64,000 nucleotides of DNA, taken from contig OY970194.1 in the NCBI GenBank assembly GCA_963708075.1, positions 2,400,001 to 2,464,000 on the forward strand, in the 5' to 3' direction. This DNA is from Sedimentisphaerales bacterium. Its GTDB lineage: Bacteria > Planctomycetota > Phycisphaerae > Sedimentisphaerales > Anaerobacaceae. Positions 62,161-64,000 of the stretch are shown piece after piece. The position numbers were made by a program, and so were the translations under genes. Under the pieces are notes generated by a model. That model was not told the origin of the DNA. It was given only the letters and a program-made list of their open reading frames with translations, and ran no database searches. The first letter of the stretch is position 1; the number at the start of each line of letters is the position of its first letter.

Positions 62161-64000
62161 TCAGAACGGCTTGGCCACCGGCGCGGTGTTACCCGCCAGC
62201 CACAAGATTTCCTCCGGGGACAATGCTCGGTTGTAGACCCGCACCTCGTCGAGCAAGCCATTGAACAGCTTGTACAGGCTGCCGTCCGGGTGGTACGTCA
62301 TCGCTCCGATATAGGCATTGTGCTGCGACGTGCCGGAGAGATCGTACGTCGCCGGAATCGTGCTGGTGCCTTCCAGTTGCCCATCGACGTAAATCCGCAG
62401 GACCGTACCCGCTCTCTGGCCAACCACGAAATGCCACTGGTCATCATTGGTCACACTCGTGGAGTTCGTCACGTACTTGGTCACATCGTCATCGGTCACC
62501 AGCGTGGCCACTCCGGAGGTAGTTTCACTCATGATCAAGCCATAACGCTTGCCCCCGGTACTGTCTCCGCCCTTGCCCACGATGGTTCCCTTCTCGGCAT
62601 CGGTGGTGCCCGTCATGGTGGTCTTGTACCAGGCCGTCACGGTCCAATCTCCGGTGCCGAAGTCCAGGGACGCAGGACTGCCCAGGTCCAGATAGCCGGC
62701 CTTCTGGACTTCGACCGCAGACCCGCCATCGGGTCGGCCGGAGGGGACGAATGTCGCCTGTTTGACCGTGCCATTCAACCCGTGGCCGGACGTGTCGTTG
62801 GCATTGCCTTCGCAGGCATACAGCGCCAGCAGATTCGTTTTGCCCGGATCTGTCGGCGTATAGTATTCGGGGGTCTTGGGATACAGCCGCATGTCGTCGA
62901 TGTACACCTTGCCTGTGGCGCCGGAGCCTTCGACACCGATCGTTAGCTTGGTTACGTTGCTCAGACTTCCGCCGACGGTGGACAAATCGATGTTCCAGGG
63001 CAGCCACGCTGTTTTCGCGATGTCGCCCGTACCGCCGTTGTACGGCACCTTGGTGCTATTGATCTTCACGTACAGTTGTCCGCCATTGCCGGCCGCACCC
63101 CGGAAATAGAGCGAAAGGCTCTTGATCCCACCGGCGGTCCAGTTCTGAGGTGTATCGTAAGTCCGCGTGGTCTCGGAATAGGAAGGCGCGGCCGTGTTGT
63201 CATATTGCAGAGGCATGGACTGTTTGCCGCCATGGATAATGGTCTTCTCCATGATATCGCCGGCCAGGGGATCGTAACCGACCGTGGCGCCGGTGCTATT
63301 GCCCGGATTGCCTTTCGGGAAGAACTCGTCTTCCGAGAAGCCCCAGCCGTCGACCCAGGTCTGGAACACCCGCTTTGGCGAGTCGTTCGTGTAGCGCTCG
63401 AAATCGTCGATGACCTGATACTCCTTGACGGTGAAGGCCCATACGTCGCCTTCCCACGAGGCGGGGGTCGCCGCATCGTTGACCTCGTCCACCCTCCAGT
63501 AGTAGGTCTTTCCAAAATCGAGGGCGGTCAGATCGAAGCTGTGCGTATTGACGGTCTTCACGGGGGCCGAGCCACTGGCCACCGCGTCATTGCTGTCGCT
63601 CACATAAACCTTGTGCGAAGCCGCCTCACGCCCCGGCCGCCAGTTCAAAGTGAGATCCGGCTCCTGAGCCGTTGCATTGACGGCCGGCTGGGGCTCCCTT
63701 GCCTGAACGGGAACGTAGAGGAACCGGACTTCGCTCAAACCGCCGTAAGGCGACCCGCCCCACGTGCTGTTGATGGTCAGCTTGACGTACTTTACGAAAA
63801 CGCCGCCGAAATCGACGACGGTATCGTGAACGTAGTCAGGCGAGCCAGGTGCACGTGTGAACACCGGTACGCCGGCCAGTGGAGTCCACGTATTGGCGTC
63901 GATTGAATACTCGACGACGACATCTTTGGCTCCAAAGCCGACAATACTCTCCAACTGCTGGTTGGAGTTCCAGACCCACATCTCATCCAGCTTGTAGACC
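62161..64000 (-). CDS. Large secreted protein with discoidin-like, Fn3-like and LamG domains (3' part; start lies outside the window)
   Basis: WN.NQ...VEYS.D...W, YYWRVDEVN, D.QWHFVV...YVDG and F.G.LDEVRVYNRALS motifs. The frame is open to the window edge. Confidence 0.85.
   Translation of the reverse strand, partial: VYKLDEMWVWNSNQQLESIVGFGAKDVVVEYSIDANTWTPLAGVPVFTRAPGSPDYVHDTVVDFGGVFVKYVKLTINSTWGGSPYGGLSEVRFLYVPVQAREPQPAVNATAQEPDLTLNWRPGREAASHKVYVSDSNDAVASGSAPVKTVNTHSFDLTALDFGKTYYWRVDEVNDAATPASWEGDVWAFTVKEYQVIDDFERYTNDSPKRVFQTWVDGWGFSEDEFFPKGNPGNSTGATVGYDPLAGDIMEKTIIHGGKQSMPLQYDNTAAPSYSETTRTYDTPQNWTAGGIKSLSLYFRGAAGNGGQLYVKINSTKVPYNGGTGDIAKTAWLPWNIDLSTVGGSLSNVTKLTIGVEGSGATGKVYIDDMRLYPKTPEYYTPTDPGKTNLLALYACEGNANDTSGHGLNGTVKQATFVPSGRPDGGSAVEVQKAGYLDLGSPASLDFGTGDWTVTAWYKTTMTGTTDAEKGTIVGKGGDSTGGKRYGLIMSETTSGVATLVTDDDVTKYVTNSTSVTNDDQWHFVVGQRAGTVLRIYVDGQLEGTSTIPATYDLSGTSQHNAYIGAMTYHPDGSLYKLFNGLLDEVRVYNRALSPEEILWLAGNTAPVAKPF

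Noticed and set aside
60777..62261. 494-aa extended version of the serine hydrolase ORF
   Set aside because: The extension overlaps the LamG gene and its terminator. The RBS and signal peptide support ATG 61940.

Overview
This is a GC-rich bacterial window that looks like Planctomycetota (Phycisphaerae/Sedimentisphaerales-like). That call is an inference from its DUF1559 prepilin-like genes, dockerin/lamin-tail/LamG secreted proteins and Tat-exported Gfo/Idh/MocA and sulfatase genes. It holds about 40 protein genes. I saw no rRNA, tRNA, CRISPR array or transposase. The best candidate for an undescribed system is at the left end: a secreted CotH kinase/lamin-tail protein followed by a tightly packed operon of VTC-type polyphosphate polymerase, DUF4956 membrane protein, HlyD-like adaptor and TolC-like lipoprotein. 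A second, larger CotH paralog lies about 35 kb away. Other notable items are a degenerate GH57 domain fused to glycogen synthase, a degenerate GH10 next to an anti-sigma partner switch, a 28-aa membrane peptide before lemA-htpX that the ORF track misses, two Tat Rieske lipoproteins around an FGE-domain gene, a 256-bp MITE and several REP/REPIN-like palindrome clusters. Eight frameshifts interrupt six otherwise intact genes, and six of them sit on GCGC tetramers, which suggests methylation-linked long-read errors. All family assignments come from motif recognition by eye; no database searches were run.
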